Sequence record: KT895374.1
Length of the DNA: 64,000 nt
Strand: one strand, 5' to 3'
In this document: positions 1 to 10,081 of the stretch, in pieces
Layout: the number at the start of each line of letters is the position of its first letter
Position numbering within the stretch: the first letter of the stretch is position 1
Made by a program: the position numbers and the translations under genes
Notes under the pieces: model-generated
Told to the model about the DNA's origin: nothing
What the model saw: the letters and a program-made list of their open reading frames with translations, nothing else
Databases searched by the model: none

Positions 1-242
1 TAGTTTCCTATGAGATGAGACTATATCACTATCCTATATAAATAGGATAACTCCCATTTCCACTGTCAATCGCTTACAGTGTACTCTACTAACTTATTAA
101 TAATAAGCTTTCGATAGTCGTTGAACCTTCCTCTTTAAAGAGGCTTGGATGCTGATTTTCCAATTCTATTTAATAGAATCTAAGGAATTTCCAGCAGTTA
201 AGGAGTTTTGCATATAATATTACTATTATATGGCACGTACCC
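1..242 (-). mobile_element. Group I intron 4 of RNAP beta gene (3' end runs off the window)
   Basis: P1 GCAU|G..CGUGC with U.G pair at the 5' splice site; P3 ACUCCU/GGGAGU; P4 UGCUG/CAGCA; R motif GUUCAACGACUA; S motif UGAUAUAGUCU (P7 GACUA/UAGUC). Confidence 0.9.
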
Positions 243-275
243 ATGCTTCTGTTGCGTTGACTGCATGCCAATTCT
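243..275 (-). CDS. RNAP beta subunit exon 4 (33-nt micro-exon, RIGMQSTQQKH)
   Basis: Follows intron-terminal UAAUG at 276. Joined to exon 3 it gives HADPP-RIGMQSTQQKH, matching the beta HDD.NR..M...MQRQ region. Confidence 0.88.
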
Positions 276-572
276 CATTAATATTCTAATAGATTCGCTA
301 AATCTATCACGTTCTCTTATGAACTGCTTATGGTTATCCCATAAGATTAGACTATATCAAGATCCTATAAAGGATCCTTCCCATTTCCACTGTCAATCGC
401 TTACAGTGTACTCTACTAACTTATTAATAATAAGCTTTCGATAGTCGTTGAACTTTTCCTCTTAAAAGGAATTAGCTTCTGATTGTCTAAACTCTAATAA
501 TTAGAGTATAAAGATTTCCCAGAAATTAAGGAAGTTTCGACATACTATTACTAGTATGAAGCCCAGTTATTT
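276..572 (-). mobile_element. Group I intron 3 (297 nt, no ORF)
   Basis: P1 CCU|A..UGGG with U.G; P3 CUUCCU/GGGAAG; P4 UUCUG/CAGAA; R and S motifs present; ends UAAUG; restores the frame. Confidence 0.9.
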
Positions 573-723
573 AGGTGGATCGGCATGTCTTACGGTAAAG
601 GAACTTAATAGCTCTGCAGGTCCATAGATATTTGTTGAATCATTTTTTGTTTCGCTATTGGTATCTAAGAATCCTCTAGTATTAATAACACTTGGATCAT
701 AACTTAATTGTCGGACAACACCA
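573..723 (-). CDS. RNAP beta subunit exon 3 (151 nt)
   Basis: T + 50 codons: GVVRQLSYDPSVINTRGFLD...GPAELLSSFTVRHADPP, a beta-like conserved sequence. Confidence 0.9.
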
Positions 724-1020
724 CATTATTGTTCATATAGATACGCTACTACCTATACCGTCCAAAGGACTGCTTTAGATTTCTCTAAAGATCAGACTAT
801 ATCAAAATCCTATAATTAGGATTCCTCCCATTTCCACTGTCAATCGCTTACAGTGTACTCTACTAACTTATTAATAAGCTTTCGATAGTCGTTGAACTTT
901 TCCTCTTAAAAGGAATTAGCTTCTGATTGTCTAAATTATATTTATTTTATAATTATAAAGACTTCCCAGAAATTAGAGAGGTTTAGACATACTATTACTA
1001 GTATGAATGGCTATCAGTTA
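724..1020 (-). mobile_element. Group I intron 2 (297 nt, no ORF)
   Basis: P1 GGU|UA..UAGCC with U.G; P3 CCUCUC/GGGAGG; R and S motifs; ends UAAUG; core nearly identical to intron 3. Confidence 0.9.
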
Positions 1021-1161
1021 ACCTTGTCCGAATCTGGGGTACTAACAGAGAAAGTACCTACCATTGTTTTATCAAATGCACGAATTTCTTTTGTATAACT
1101 CATATCCTCATTCTGTCCTGAAAGACCTTTATAGGTAGATGCGCCAGTTTTTTCAATCTCA
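1021..1161 (-). CDS. RNAP beta subunit exon 2 (141 nt)
   Basis: T + 46 codons + GT: EIEKTGASTYKGLSGQNEDMSYTKEIRAFDKTMVGTFSVSTPDSDK(V), matching the beta R....GR.CP.ETPEG.N.G region. Confidence 0.9.
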
Positions 1162-1368
1162 CATTATCTTCTATTAGATACGCTACTATCTAATACGTCC
1201 TTAAAAGAACTGCTTTAGATTTCTCTAAAGTTGAGACTATATCATTATCCTATAAGGATACTTCCCGTTTCCCTTATCAATAGCTTATAAGGTACTCTAC
1301 TCACTCTATTTATTAATAGGCTTTCGATAGTCGTTGAACGTTAACTGTATTGAAAATAATAATCAGAT

Positions 1369-1377
1369 ATATATTAT
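1369..1377 (+). promoter_or_regulatory. ATATATTAT putative early (virion RNAP-type) promoter motif
   Basis: Same motif, in the correct orientation, is found upstream of other genes (see findings). Function is inferred. Confidence 0.5.
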
Positions 1378-1422
1378 AATTATGAAGTACAAAGAATTTT
1401 ATAGTAATGGAGGTATGCAACA

Positions 1423-1743
1423 ATGAGTGAAAAAGAAAAAATGTCCCTCGTTATTGATTATATCCTTAGTGAAAAAATGAAATCCGCTAAAGACGATCCT
1501 AAAAATGATGTCGTATACGATATAGCACTTAAATTCTTTAGACAAAGATTAAATGATGGATCTATGTCTACTATTAGAACTATAAAAGACTTTGCGACTT
1601 ATGGAAATGATTTTTATCTTCTAGACAAGCAAGATAAATCTGATTATAAAGATCATCTAAGCATTTGTAATAAGATAATTTATTTAGCTAGAGAAATTAA
1701 TAGTTACTATATCAATAAATTACCTAATGCTAGAGTTATCTGA
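1423..1743 (+). CDS. Hypothetical 106-aa protein encoded antisense inside intron 1
   Basis: SD GGAGG at 1409-1413, upstream promoter-like motif, downstream terminator; no HNH/GIY-YIG/LAGLIDADG motif seen. Confidence 0.8.
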   Translation: MSEKEKMSLVIDYILSEKMKSAKDDPKNDVVYDIALKFFRQRLNDGSMSTIRTIKDFATYGNDFYLLDKQDKSDYKDHLSICNKIIYLAREINSYYINKLPNARVI

Positions 1744-1753
1744 TTAAAAAGAG

Positions 1754-1783
1754 AATACCTTTCTATGAAGGGTATTTTTTTTT
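1754..1783 (+). terminator. Intrinsic terminator of the intron-embedded gene
   Basis: AATACCTTT/AAGGGTATT hairpin followed by a T run. Confidence 0.7.
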
Positions 1784-1897
1784 CAAATACAGTTATTCGC
1801 TTCTGATTGTCCAATTTTATTTAATTATAAAATCTAAGGAGTTTCCAGAAATTAGAGAAGTTTTCATTAAAATAAATTTAATGCCCCTGAATTGTTA

Positions 1898-4668
1898 AGG
1901 GATGGATTAAGAACTGAATACTCATCTACTGTAGGAGATTCTAACAATTGTTTAATTAGAATATCTCTAGGAACAGAAAGTTTAATAGGATTTCCTGCTT
2001 TTAACGTATCTTTATAAGTTTTAAATGAGTCTGCTAAAATTTTATAAAGATATGCGTTTACTTGTTCTGCACCTCTAACTCTATAAGAACTCATATCGTT
2101 AAGCTTAGTATGGGTACTATCTTCTAATAATGTATTTGCATAGAGAAGAATATCATAGATATGCTCTGGTAATTTTAACTGTTTTAAGACATCTAATGTT
2201 ATTGGATCTACCATTAATGAAATTGTATTATGGAATCCTTTACCTACATTTCGACTTCCGTATAATTCATTGAAAGTCTCAATATATGGATCAATTTCAT
2301 CAAATTCTTCAAAATCATACATTTCAGTAGCAATTACACTAAGACCACTAAGCAATAGTGAGTTTCTAATTTTAGAGTTATCATAATATAAGTAACCATT
2401 CTTAAATTTAATTCTATTATAATTACTTAATCCCATTTTTACTGCCTTAGTTTCAAATCTATATTCAATATCATATCGTTCTAATAATTTTGTTAAACCA
2501 ATTTCATAACCAAGTAAAACACCAATAGGAATTGTTTTATTATTAATCTTGACTCTTGTATAAGCAAGAGTTTTGGTATCAGAGAATTTCTTAAGAATAT
2601 CATATCCTTCATTACCATAGGCTTTAACAATATAGCTTAAAACTAATTCTGTTAAGTTTGGTGCTAAAGGATTAGCATTTTCCTTATCTAAAGAATAAAC
2701 CTTTTTATTATCATATTTAATTCCAATTAGATTAGTCTTATCCGAATTAAAACCTATAATTAGATAATCTTCAGTGTTATATTTGGAATTTGATTCTTTA
2801 ATTTCTCTCAATTTTTTTATTGAATCTAAGTCACTACTAATAGTTTTATTAATTTCATTTTGGTCAAATATTAATGTACCATTAGATGTTGTAATCTCAA
2901 GTAAGAATGATGAAAATTCATTGTATTCTAGAGTTGTTTTAGATGAAGCATTAATTGATAGAGCATTACCCAGTTTGTATTTAAATTTATCATCTTTTAC
3001 CTTTAATTCTTCTCTATCTTTCGTTCTAAAGAATTTTTTAATTCTTTCTGTCTTTTGAGATATTTTAGAACCAAATCTAGTAATAATAAATTTATTATAG
3101 TTTGTAGTTACTTGCACAGTATCAGGTTTTGTTTTAACAATAGGTAATAAGAATATTTGCTTAAGAATTAATTTTTTACCACCATTAATTCTCATAAATC
3201 TACCTTCTTGCATAATTGGGTAATCAAATTTGATACTATGTCTCGTATTATTTTCATCTTGGAAAGTTACAGAATAGGTAATTCTTTTTGTTAAATCATC
3301 AGAAGTATTTTCTGACTCAATATTAGTAATGTATAATTTAATATCAGAATCCCTATTGAAAGATGAAAGTACTGAAACTAAATCTCTCTTCATTTGTTTA
3401 TTATAATAAGATAAATCAAAATCTTTTAGATTAGACTTTCTAGTTTCGTCCATTATAACGTTTACATTTTCAATTATTTCGGTATCAATACTTGATGCCT
3501 TGAAACCATCAATAATATCCTGTATATTTTCCCCATCCAATTCAACTTTGGATTGAAGAGATTTCAGACGTTCAAGTACTTTATTTTCTTTAACCTCATC
3601 CCCACCAACAACTTGTAGGTCACTAACAGTTTTTAAATCAATTTTAATATTTTTATATTTATTTAATAATTCTATTAATTCTTCTTCAGATTTATTTTCA
3701 ATATCAACTTCTTTTGATAAAGTTTCTTTGATATCATCAGTTAGTTTTTCAATGGCTTCAGTAGTGTTTTTACTTAATTTGGTATTCTCATCAATATCTA
3801 ATTTTGATAGAAGTTTTTCTTTAACCTTATTAACTACTTCATCATTGCTATCAGGTGTTAATTCCGAATTGGATCCCTCTGATTCTTCCTCAGAACTGGG
3901 AAATTTAGAACCATCACCACCCTTAGATGTGTTTTGGTTGGCAATGTTAATTAAGTTTCTAATAGCACCTGCAAATCTATTGATTTTTTGTAAATCATTA
4001 ATTTTCTCATCAATCTTAATTGTTACAATTGATTCTTTTACAGGTGTATAGAATACTAAACTAATTCCCTTTAAAGCTTCAATATCAGAATTTGATAATA
4101 ATTTTCTTTTAATAGCCGCATAAAGATAGGCAAATGGATTATCTACTTTATTAAGATCGGCAAATGAACTATCTGTAATAGTATCTGGGATAGGAACTAA
4201 AATTGCTTTATTAGGATAAACAGTTTTAGAACCCTCATTTACTTTTTCAATTAAATATTGAATAAATAATTCAATTCTTCTCTTACCTCTTGATGGTATT
4301 TCAGCTTCATTTTCTAGCCACTGATCAGTAATATCATAAATTAGATTATATTTGTTATAATCTGGGATACTACGTTTCATCATTGTAATATTATTTGTAG
4401 CATTTTTTTGAATATAATCATAATATGCTTTCTGATCCACATAAATTCTTTTACCTTTATAAATAGAAGTAAACATACGTGGAACATATACTGCTTTAAA
4501 TGTTGTAGGGTGAATAATTTTTGTACTTAATAATTCACTAATATTCTCCCTTTTATTTCCGATTAGAAAAATCATATTTGATGATCTGTCACTTTTACTT
4601 TTAGTAATAGCATATATCGGTTTTTTTGATAAGACTTTTAATTCGCTCAAAGAATCGAGATAATGCAT
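1898..4668 (-). CDS. Multisubunit RNA polymerase beta-like subunit, exon 1 (probably virion RNAP)
   Basis: Motif GRFMRINGGKKLILKQIFLLP resembles the beta N-terminal F.ING.ERV.VSQL motif; continues through spliced exons; late-type promoter. The ORF-track tail NNSGALNLF is intron sequence. Confidence 0.85.
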
Positions 4669-4693
4669 TATTATATCCCTTCCTTTCTTATAA

Positions 4694-4705
4694 TATTATT
4701 ATGTT
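4694..4705 (-). promoter_or_regulatory. Late-type promoter AACA-N6-TA
   Basis: AACA TAATAA TA, matching the AR9 nvRNAP late consensus as recalled. Confidence 0.6.
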
Positions 4706-4761
4706 CGTGAAAATTATAAAAACAAAAAGAATAGATAAACTATTCTTTTTGTCCTTTAATA

Positions 4762-5019
4762 TTAAACTTCAAGTTCTTTTTCTTCTAATTTCTCAACTTC
4801 TTCTTTATAAACAATGATTTCATTATTCTCTTCTTTATAGAGATAATCATAATCTATAAAATTACTTAAGATAAAATTTTTTGCATCATCATATGTCTTA
4901 AATTTCTTATTATCATTAGGATTAAAAGCTTGTTTTAAAAATAATTGACCGCTATAATCATAATAGCCCTTAATAATAAATATATCACTTTCATTAATGA
5001 TCCTAAATATTTTATTCAT
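4762..5019 (-). CDS. Hypothetical protein
   Basis: 85-aa ORF, translationally coupled to the upstream gene. Confidence 0.7.
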   Translation of the reverse strand: MNKIFRIINESDIFIIKGYYDYSGQLFLKQAFNPNDNKKFKTYDDAKNFILSNFIDYDYLYKEENNEIIVYKEEVEKLEEKELEV

Positions 5020-5576
5020 TAGAGCACCTTCCCAAAGTTAGTATCTACAACATTTAGAATAATCGTAATTTCACTTCCGCTTCTTAAAAACACGGAAAAT
5101 TGATGTTCCCCTAATATAAAAGGTACTCCTTCAATAACGCCTTCATCTTTAGAGAAATTAATGTTTTCAGGTAGATTTTTAACATTACTAATTAACATGT
5201 CATTGTTTGTTATAATAGGATTTAAATTAATTTTAAAGTATCTTCCAGATAATACTGTTATTCTAGCATTTTGTAGACCATTAGCCATTGGAGTTAAATA
5301 TTGTTCAAGGTCTAAATCTACATCAATCATATCACTATTAATGAATATATTAGTAACTCTTTCACTAGTATCCACCTTATTTACAAAGAAATTACTCACT
5401 GTAAAGTAATTTACATATCTAGTATTAGATAAAACTGGAAAAGGATCTTTAAAACTATTTAAATAATCTCTAAATTTTTTATTTTTATTTCTAATATTAT
5501 CAGAAGGATCAATAACATTAAGAGAATTTAATTTTTTGAAGTTTGATGGATAAGATAATTTTTCTCTTATTAACAT
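5019..5576 (-). CDS. Putative virion protein with C-terminal Ig-like (He_PIG-type) domain
   Basis: NLPENINFSKDEGVIEGVP...GEHQFSV resembles the putative Ig domain; lies in a structural operon. Confidence 0.55.
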   Translation of the reverse strand: MLIREKLSYPSNFKKLNSLNVIDPSDNIRNKNKKFRDYLNSFKDPFPVLSNTRYVNYFTVSNFFVNKVDTSERVTNIFINSDMIDVDLDLEQYLTPMANGLQNARITVLSGRYFKINLNPIITNNDMLISNVKNLPENINFSKDEGVIEGVPFILGEHQFSVFLRSGSEITIILNVVDTNFGKVL

Positions 5577-5578
5577 AA

Positions 5579-7513
5579 CTATTCACCATACACTGGAGTT
5601 ACATTAATAGATCCAGATCCAACAATAACAATAGGTACTGAAAGTGCCTGTGTATCACTAGTAGTTAATGTTATAGATTTAGATTGAGTGTTTCTAAAAA
5701 TAGCATTTCCTTCTAAAAATAATTTGATCTCGGTTGCTTTTCTTTCACCTGCAAGATTTTTACTATCGACAATAATATTGGTATTAATATCATTTCCTTG
5801 ATAGATTAAAGATGTATCAGAGAATTTAACTGTAATATCTAAAGCTAAATAAGGACTAACCATTTCAAGATTATAATTATTTGTATTTTCTATATACCAT
5901 AATCTCTCATTGTCATCAATTCCAAGACTCTTTACTTCATTATTGGTATAATTTATAGATAACGAAAATTTATTAGTAGATAGATCCACTGTGTATAATT
6001 GTAATAAAGAATCTCTTACAATTAATAAAAATTCACTACCCATTGGGAAAATAGCACGAATTCCCTCAGTTTGAATATTTCTAATCGATAAACTATCTCT
6101 ATAAATAATTGCGTCATCTACAATTTCAAATAAATACATAGGGAATTCAGTAGTTGCATATAATCTAGCAAAAGTTGAAATATTTGTTGCGCCAGACTTT
6201 ATATTTGCATAAGATGATGTACTGGAAGGACTTACATAATTATAATCTTCAGCATAGTGTCTTGTTAAATTACTAGTAACTGTAGTAAATGTTAAAAATT
6301 TACGATTATTTATTTTTAAATAGTTAAGTGACATTTTAAAGTTATTTAGAAATTCATCATGTTTATATATATTTAGTATATCAGGAATTGTATTCGATAC
6401 TGTTAGTTCTTTTTTAGCATCACTTTGACCAATTTTATTTAAATCATATTTTATAAATTTTACACTTAGGGAATCTTTCATTATGCTATAATACATAGTT
6501 CCTTCATCTAAATCAAAGGTGGGTATTTGTGCCATAAAAGATCTAATTCTATCTGGACTCTCTGGAGTTGCTACTGTCTGCCTTGTAATATCTGTGAATA
6601 AATAACTTACAACTAAAGTGTTAGAGACAGATATAGCATTTAATGTAGTAGTAACTACTCCTGAAGCAATTTTAAATTCTTGCGTAATAAAGATAATTTC
6701 ATTATCATTCTTTTTAACTGCATTAATTATTTCGCCACCAGTAAAAAAAACCTCTTTTATAATATTTAAACTTTTATCAAATAAAACTATTGAATCTGTA
6801 TATTTTAATATATAGTTAGGAGTTGCCGTAGAAGTAAAACTCAATGCTCCTGAAGTAGAGTTAAAAGAAGCAACAGTAATATATCTTTCATAAAATGCCC
6901 TATCAATATAAAATCCTGGAGCAGATGTTGATACTTGAGGTGGTTTATTTCTATCTTGAATATTTCCTGGACCTAAAAATTGTCCTGCATAAATTGTATC
7001 AACAGGATCATTTGTATCAGTATCAAATTTATGGAAAGCAGATCCATTTCTAACTATTATAAAACTGCCTTCATCTACTTTAACAAATGAAACTTTACCT
7101 AAACCATTTGAAATAACCTTACTATTTAAAATTTCTCCATTTTTATATTGATAAAGAACCACATTACCATTACCAGCTTGATCAGAAGCTACAATTTCAG
7201 TTCCATCAGCAAATTTTATATTATTTCTAAATAACGTATCTTTTGGTTTAAAAGGAATTCTACCACCTACCATTTTACCATCATTATTGATTGAATAATG
7301 TCTAGTTATGGTATTAATGTTGTCTGCACTCAACCTACTAGCACTTTGATACCTTGGCATTTTTGCTACTTTTTCTAGTGCAATATTTTTTTTATTGTAG
7401 TTTTCCCCTTCAATTTCAATATAATCATTAGCTTCAAAAAATAATGATTGTTGAGTAAAATTATAATATCTTAGATTTTTAATTCCTTTTGGAAGAGTAT
7501 AAACAGTACTCAT
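5579..7513 (-). CDS. Putative virion structural protein (beta-rich, propeller-like)
   Basis: 644 aa, beta-strand rich, SLGIDDNERLWY blade-like motif; operon context. Confidence 0.5.
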   Translation of the reverse strand: MSTVYTLPKGIKNLRYYNFTQQSLFFEANDYIEIEGENYNKKNIALEKVAKMPRYQSASRLSADNINTITRHYSINNDGKMVGGRIPFKPKDTLFRNNIKFADGTEIVASDQAGNGNVVLYQYKNGEILNSKVISNGLGKVSFVKVDEGSFIIVRNGSAFHKFDTDTNDPVDTIYAGQFLGPGNIQDRNKPPQVSTSAPGFYIDRAFYERYITVASFNSTSGALSFTSTATPNYILKYTDSIVLFDKSLNIIKEVFFTGGEIINAVKKNDNEIIFITQEFKIASGVVTTTLNAISVSNTLVVSYLFTDITRQTVATPESPDRIRSFMAQIPTFDLDEGTMYYSIMKDSLSVKFIKYDLNKIGQSDAKKELTVSNTIPDILNIYKHDEFLNNFKMSLNYLKINNRKFLTFTTVTSNLTRHYAEDYNYVSPSSTSSYANIKSGATNISTFARLYATTEFPMYLFEIVDDAIIYRDSLSIRNIQTEGIRAIFPMGSEFLLIVRDSLLQLYTVDLSTNKFSLSINYTNNEVKSLGIDDNERLWYIENTNNYNLEMVSPYLALDITVKFSDTSLIYQGNDINTNIIVDSKNLAGERKATEIKLFLEGNAIFRNTQSKSITLTTSDTQALSVPIVIVGSGSINVTPVYGE

Positions 7514-7917
7514 TCAGATGAACCCCCTAAGTATTTAAGTGTATAATCTAATGAAAAATTACCTTTAACTTTTATAATAAAATCAGAATCCTCTATTCTT
7601 ATAAAAAATTGTCTCGAAGGTGGGATAGTACCTTCATACATCTTAGTTCCATTATTATAAACTTCATAACTACCATTAGATGTTGAACTTTTATTTATTA
7701 ACGATATTGAACCACTAATTAATATTTCTTTTGAAAGATCTAATAGTTTTGAGATATTTAATAATTCACTCATCTCAGCTTGTTGAACAGTCTTAGACTC
7801 CTTTTTTTCTTGAACGCTTAAACTCCCACCTGCATTTTCTTTTAAACTATTGATATCATCCTTGAGAGTATTTCCTATGATTCCTCTAATTTGATTTTGA
7901 TTTATCATTGTCATCAC
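7510..7917 (-). CDS. Hypothetical, putative virion protein
   Basis: 135 aa, overlaps the next gene by 4 nt (ATGA). Confidence 0.65.
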   Translation of the reverse strand: MMTMINQNQIRGIIGNTLKDDINSLKENAGGSLSVQEKKESKTVQQAEMSELLNISKLLDLSKEILISGSISLINKSSTSNGSYEVYNNGTKMYEGTIPPSRQFFIRIEDSDFIIKVKGNFSLDYTLKYLGGSSE

Positions 7918-7931
7918 CTATGAAATTGTTT

Positions 7932-7977
7932 AAATAATTCTAGTATACTTATGAAAAGTATACTAGAATTATTTTTT
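7932..7977. terminator. Inverted repeat / terminator after endolysin
   Basis: 19-bp arms AAATAATTCTAGTATACTT / AAGTATACTAGAATTATTT. Confidence 0.7.
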
Positions 7978-7983
7978 AGTTTG

Positions 7984-9201
7984 TTACTTTATTTTTAATT
8001 TCTGTCCAGGAAAAATAACATTAGGGTTACTAAGTTTATTAAGCTTTGTTAAGTTACTAACAGTAGTTCCAAACTGTTGAGCAATTGCACCTAAATTATC
8101 ACCTTTTTTAACTGTATATGTTGTAGAAGAAGGTTTAGATACTGGTTTAGATGCTGATGAACTAGTAGTTGGTAATTTAATTACTTGACCAACACTAATA
8201 ACATTAGGATTTTTAATATTATTTAATGATGTTAGTACTGAAACTGAAGTTTTGAATTTGCTAGCAATTCCTCCAAGAGTATCACCTTTTTTAACTGTAT
8301 ATGTTGTAGAAGAAGAAGGTTTAGATACTGGTTTAGGTTTAACAGTAGTACTAGTTGGTAATTTAATTACTTGACCAACACTAATAACATTAGGATTTTT
8401 AATATTATTTAATGATACTAATACAGACGTAGTTGTTTTGAATTTACTAGCAATTCCTCCAAGAGTATCACCTTTTTTAACCGTATAACTAGATGAACTA
8501 GAAGAGTTTTTAGATGGTGATGGAGCTGGTTTAGGATTACTAGAACCTGATTCCTTAACTACAGTTTTACCTTTAGTTAATTCTGATACAGGAACATAAG
8601 ACCAGTTAACGTCAACTGTACCTTTAATACCATTAATTAGACCTTTTTCGGTATATTGCCAAATGCTAACACCATTTGGAATAACAGATTCTTGACTTGT
8701 ATAACGAGCATACCAAATACCATAAGGTTTCATTGTATTAAAATCTAATGATGAATCAAAAAATGCTTTATACGCATAAACCATTACATTAGCACCTTTA
8801 GCTTTTAGAGTTTCTAGAAACTTAACAGCTAATTTTGTAACATTAGATTTTCCTAGACTTGTAAAAGATCCATGTTCAATATCTAAAACTAATGGTAACT
8901 GAAAATCAATATCTTTAACTTTACTATAAAAATAGTTAGCTTCAGCTACTGCCTGACTTTCATTTTTAAAATGTGCATAATGATAAAAACCAATAGGAAT
9001 CCCAGCACTCTTAGCACCACTAGCATTAGTTTTTAAAGTTGGATCTGTATAAGAAGTTCCTTCTGTAGCTTTAATAAAGGCAAATTTAACACCGTCATTA
9101 GCAACTTTTTTCCAATCAATATTTTGACGGTCTTGTTGCCAGTGACTAATATCAATACCTTTAATCTTAACAGCGTTACTTGATCCCTTCAAAAAAATCA
9201 T
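7984..9201 (-). CDS. Endolysin: GH25 muramidase plus three LysM domains
   Basis: [41 protein letters not shown]; three YTVKKGD.LG.IA repeats. True start may be TTG at 9192. Late motif at 9227-9238. Confidence 0.95.
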   Translation of the reverse strand: MIFLKGSSNAVKIKGIDISHWQQDRQNIDWKKVANDGVKFAFIKATEGTSYTDPTLKTNASGAKSAGIPIGFYHYAHFKNESQAVAEANYFYSKVKDIDFQLPLVLDIEHGSFTSLGKSNVTKLAVKFLETLKAKGANVMVYAYKAFFDSSLDFNTMKPYGIWYARYTSQESVIPNGVSIWQYTEKGLINGIKGTVDVNWSYVPVSELTKGKTVVKESGSSNPKPAPSPSKNSSSSSSYTVKKGDTLGGIASKFKTTTSVLVSLNNIKNPNVISVGQVIKLPTSTTVKPKPVSKPSSSTTYTVKKGDTLGGIASKFKTSVSVLTSLNNIKNPNVISVGQVIKLPTTSSSASKPVSKPSSTTYTVKKGDNLGAIAQQFGTTVSNLTKLNKLSNPNVIFPGQKLKIK

Positions 9202-9242
9202 CCTTCCTAGAACTTTTATTTGGAACTAATATTTTGTTCAAA

Positions 9243-9716
9243 TTAAAGTATAATTATATTTATATAATCTAAATCTTTTTCTAAAGGAGTTTTTAAATCA
9301 AAATCAATACTGGAATACTTAGTATAGTCAATTCCCTCTTCTAAAAGAACTCCATTTTTTAACAGAAGAAGAATATTATTTTCCTCTAAAGGTATTGGAT
9401 AGGTAATCCTAGTTTGACCTTCATATGGTTCAATTTTAATTCTATCTTTTTTCGAAGCACCATTTGATACTTTTTCAAACTTATTAGAAGATTTAATATA
9501 AATATAAATCGTTTTATTTTCTTTTACCAATATTAATTTATTTTCTATTTTATTATTAGTTAGATCACTTTCTTTATCAATAATAATAGTGTCAGTTATT
9601 TTTATTCTACTATCAGATAGAATATAAAGATTTTTTTGTTCTGTAAAAATTAAAGATCCTTTTTCAGTTATGGTATTAATATCACTTTCTTTAACAGCAT
9701 GTAGATTGAGATCCAT
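9243..9716 (-). CDS. Hypothetical, putative virion protein
   Basis: Start reassigned to MDLNLH with SD GAGGTGG. Confidence 0.65.
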   Translation of the reverse strand: MDLNLHAVKESDINTITEKGSLIFTEQKNLYILSDSRIKITDTIIIDKESDLTNNKIENKLILVKENKTIYIYIKSSNKFEKVSNGASKKDRIKIEPYEGQTRITYPIPLEENNILLLLKNGVLLEEGIDYTKYSSIDFDLKTPLEKDLDYINIIIL

Positions 9717-9727
9717 TAGACCACCTC

Positions 9728-9982
9728 TTAGATATTGAATGTCTTCCATTCCATTTTATTTAATTTCTTATTTTCAAATTGATTAGTTGTACTATTAAAA
9801 ACTAATATGTCCTCATTTTTTAGATCTTTCAAATTTACACCCTTGATATTTTTTAGTTCTACATTTTCTATATTTTTAACAATTTCATTTACAATTCGAT
9901 CAGGAGACCAAGCATGATCTTTTCCATAGTTTCCATCATCAATTACTATACCGCTAACTTTATTATAAAAAAACTTAGCCAT
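9728..9982 (-). CDS. Hypothetical protein (84 aa, MAKFFYNK...)
   Basis: SD GGGAGG before ATG 9982; the upstream part of the ORF-track ORF crosses the promoter region. Confidence 0.7.
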   Translation of the reverse strand: MAKFFYNKVSGIVIDDGNYGKDHAWSPDRIVNEIVKNIENVELKNIKGVNLKDLKNEDILVFNSTTNQFENKKLNKMEWKTFNI

Positions 9983-10081
9983 GAAAAAACCTCCCATTAT
10001 TATAAATTCTAGGAATAAAACAAAAATCAAAGGATAAATTAAATATATATCATAATATTGAAAAAACTTAGAATAATTATT

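Larger units (their letters stand above)
1162..1897 (-). mobile_element. Group I intron 1 (736 nt) with an antisense gene inserted in the P6 loop
   Basis: P1 CCCU|U..AGGGG with U.G; P3 ACUUCUC/GGGAAGU; P4 UUCUG/CAGAA; R/S motifs; ends UAAUG. Splicing CT|T keeps the frame (PSL-EIEK). Confidence 0.9.

Noticed and set aside
208-444. ORF 208..444 (+)
   Set aside because: Antisense shadow of exon 4 and introns 3/4; no SD.
50-900. Three long direct repeats resembling a CRISPR array or tandem repeat
   Set aside because: They are the conserved P7/P8 cores of group I introns 2-4, and the intervening sequences contain in-frame exons.
1867-1897. C-terminal NNSGALNLF and stop of the 933-aa ORF
   Set aside because: Read-through into intron 1; the real protein continues in exon 2.
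2774-6815. Short opposite-strand ORFs (2774, 3728, 4626, 5161, 6618) and similar ones at 13028, 15626, 17101, 18620, 20774, 25496, 26387, 26813, 32976, 34947, 40359, 41106, 41697, 42990, 43027, 44423, 49699, 56751, 57581, 58125, 58594, 59197
   Set aside because: They overlap longer well-supported genes, lack SDs and have antisense-type composition.
8090-8490. DNA direct repeats in the endolysin gene
   Set aside because: Explained by LysM domain duplication.
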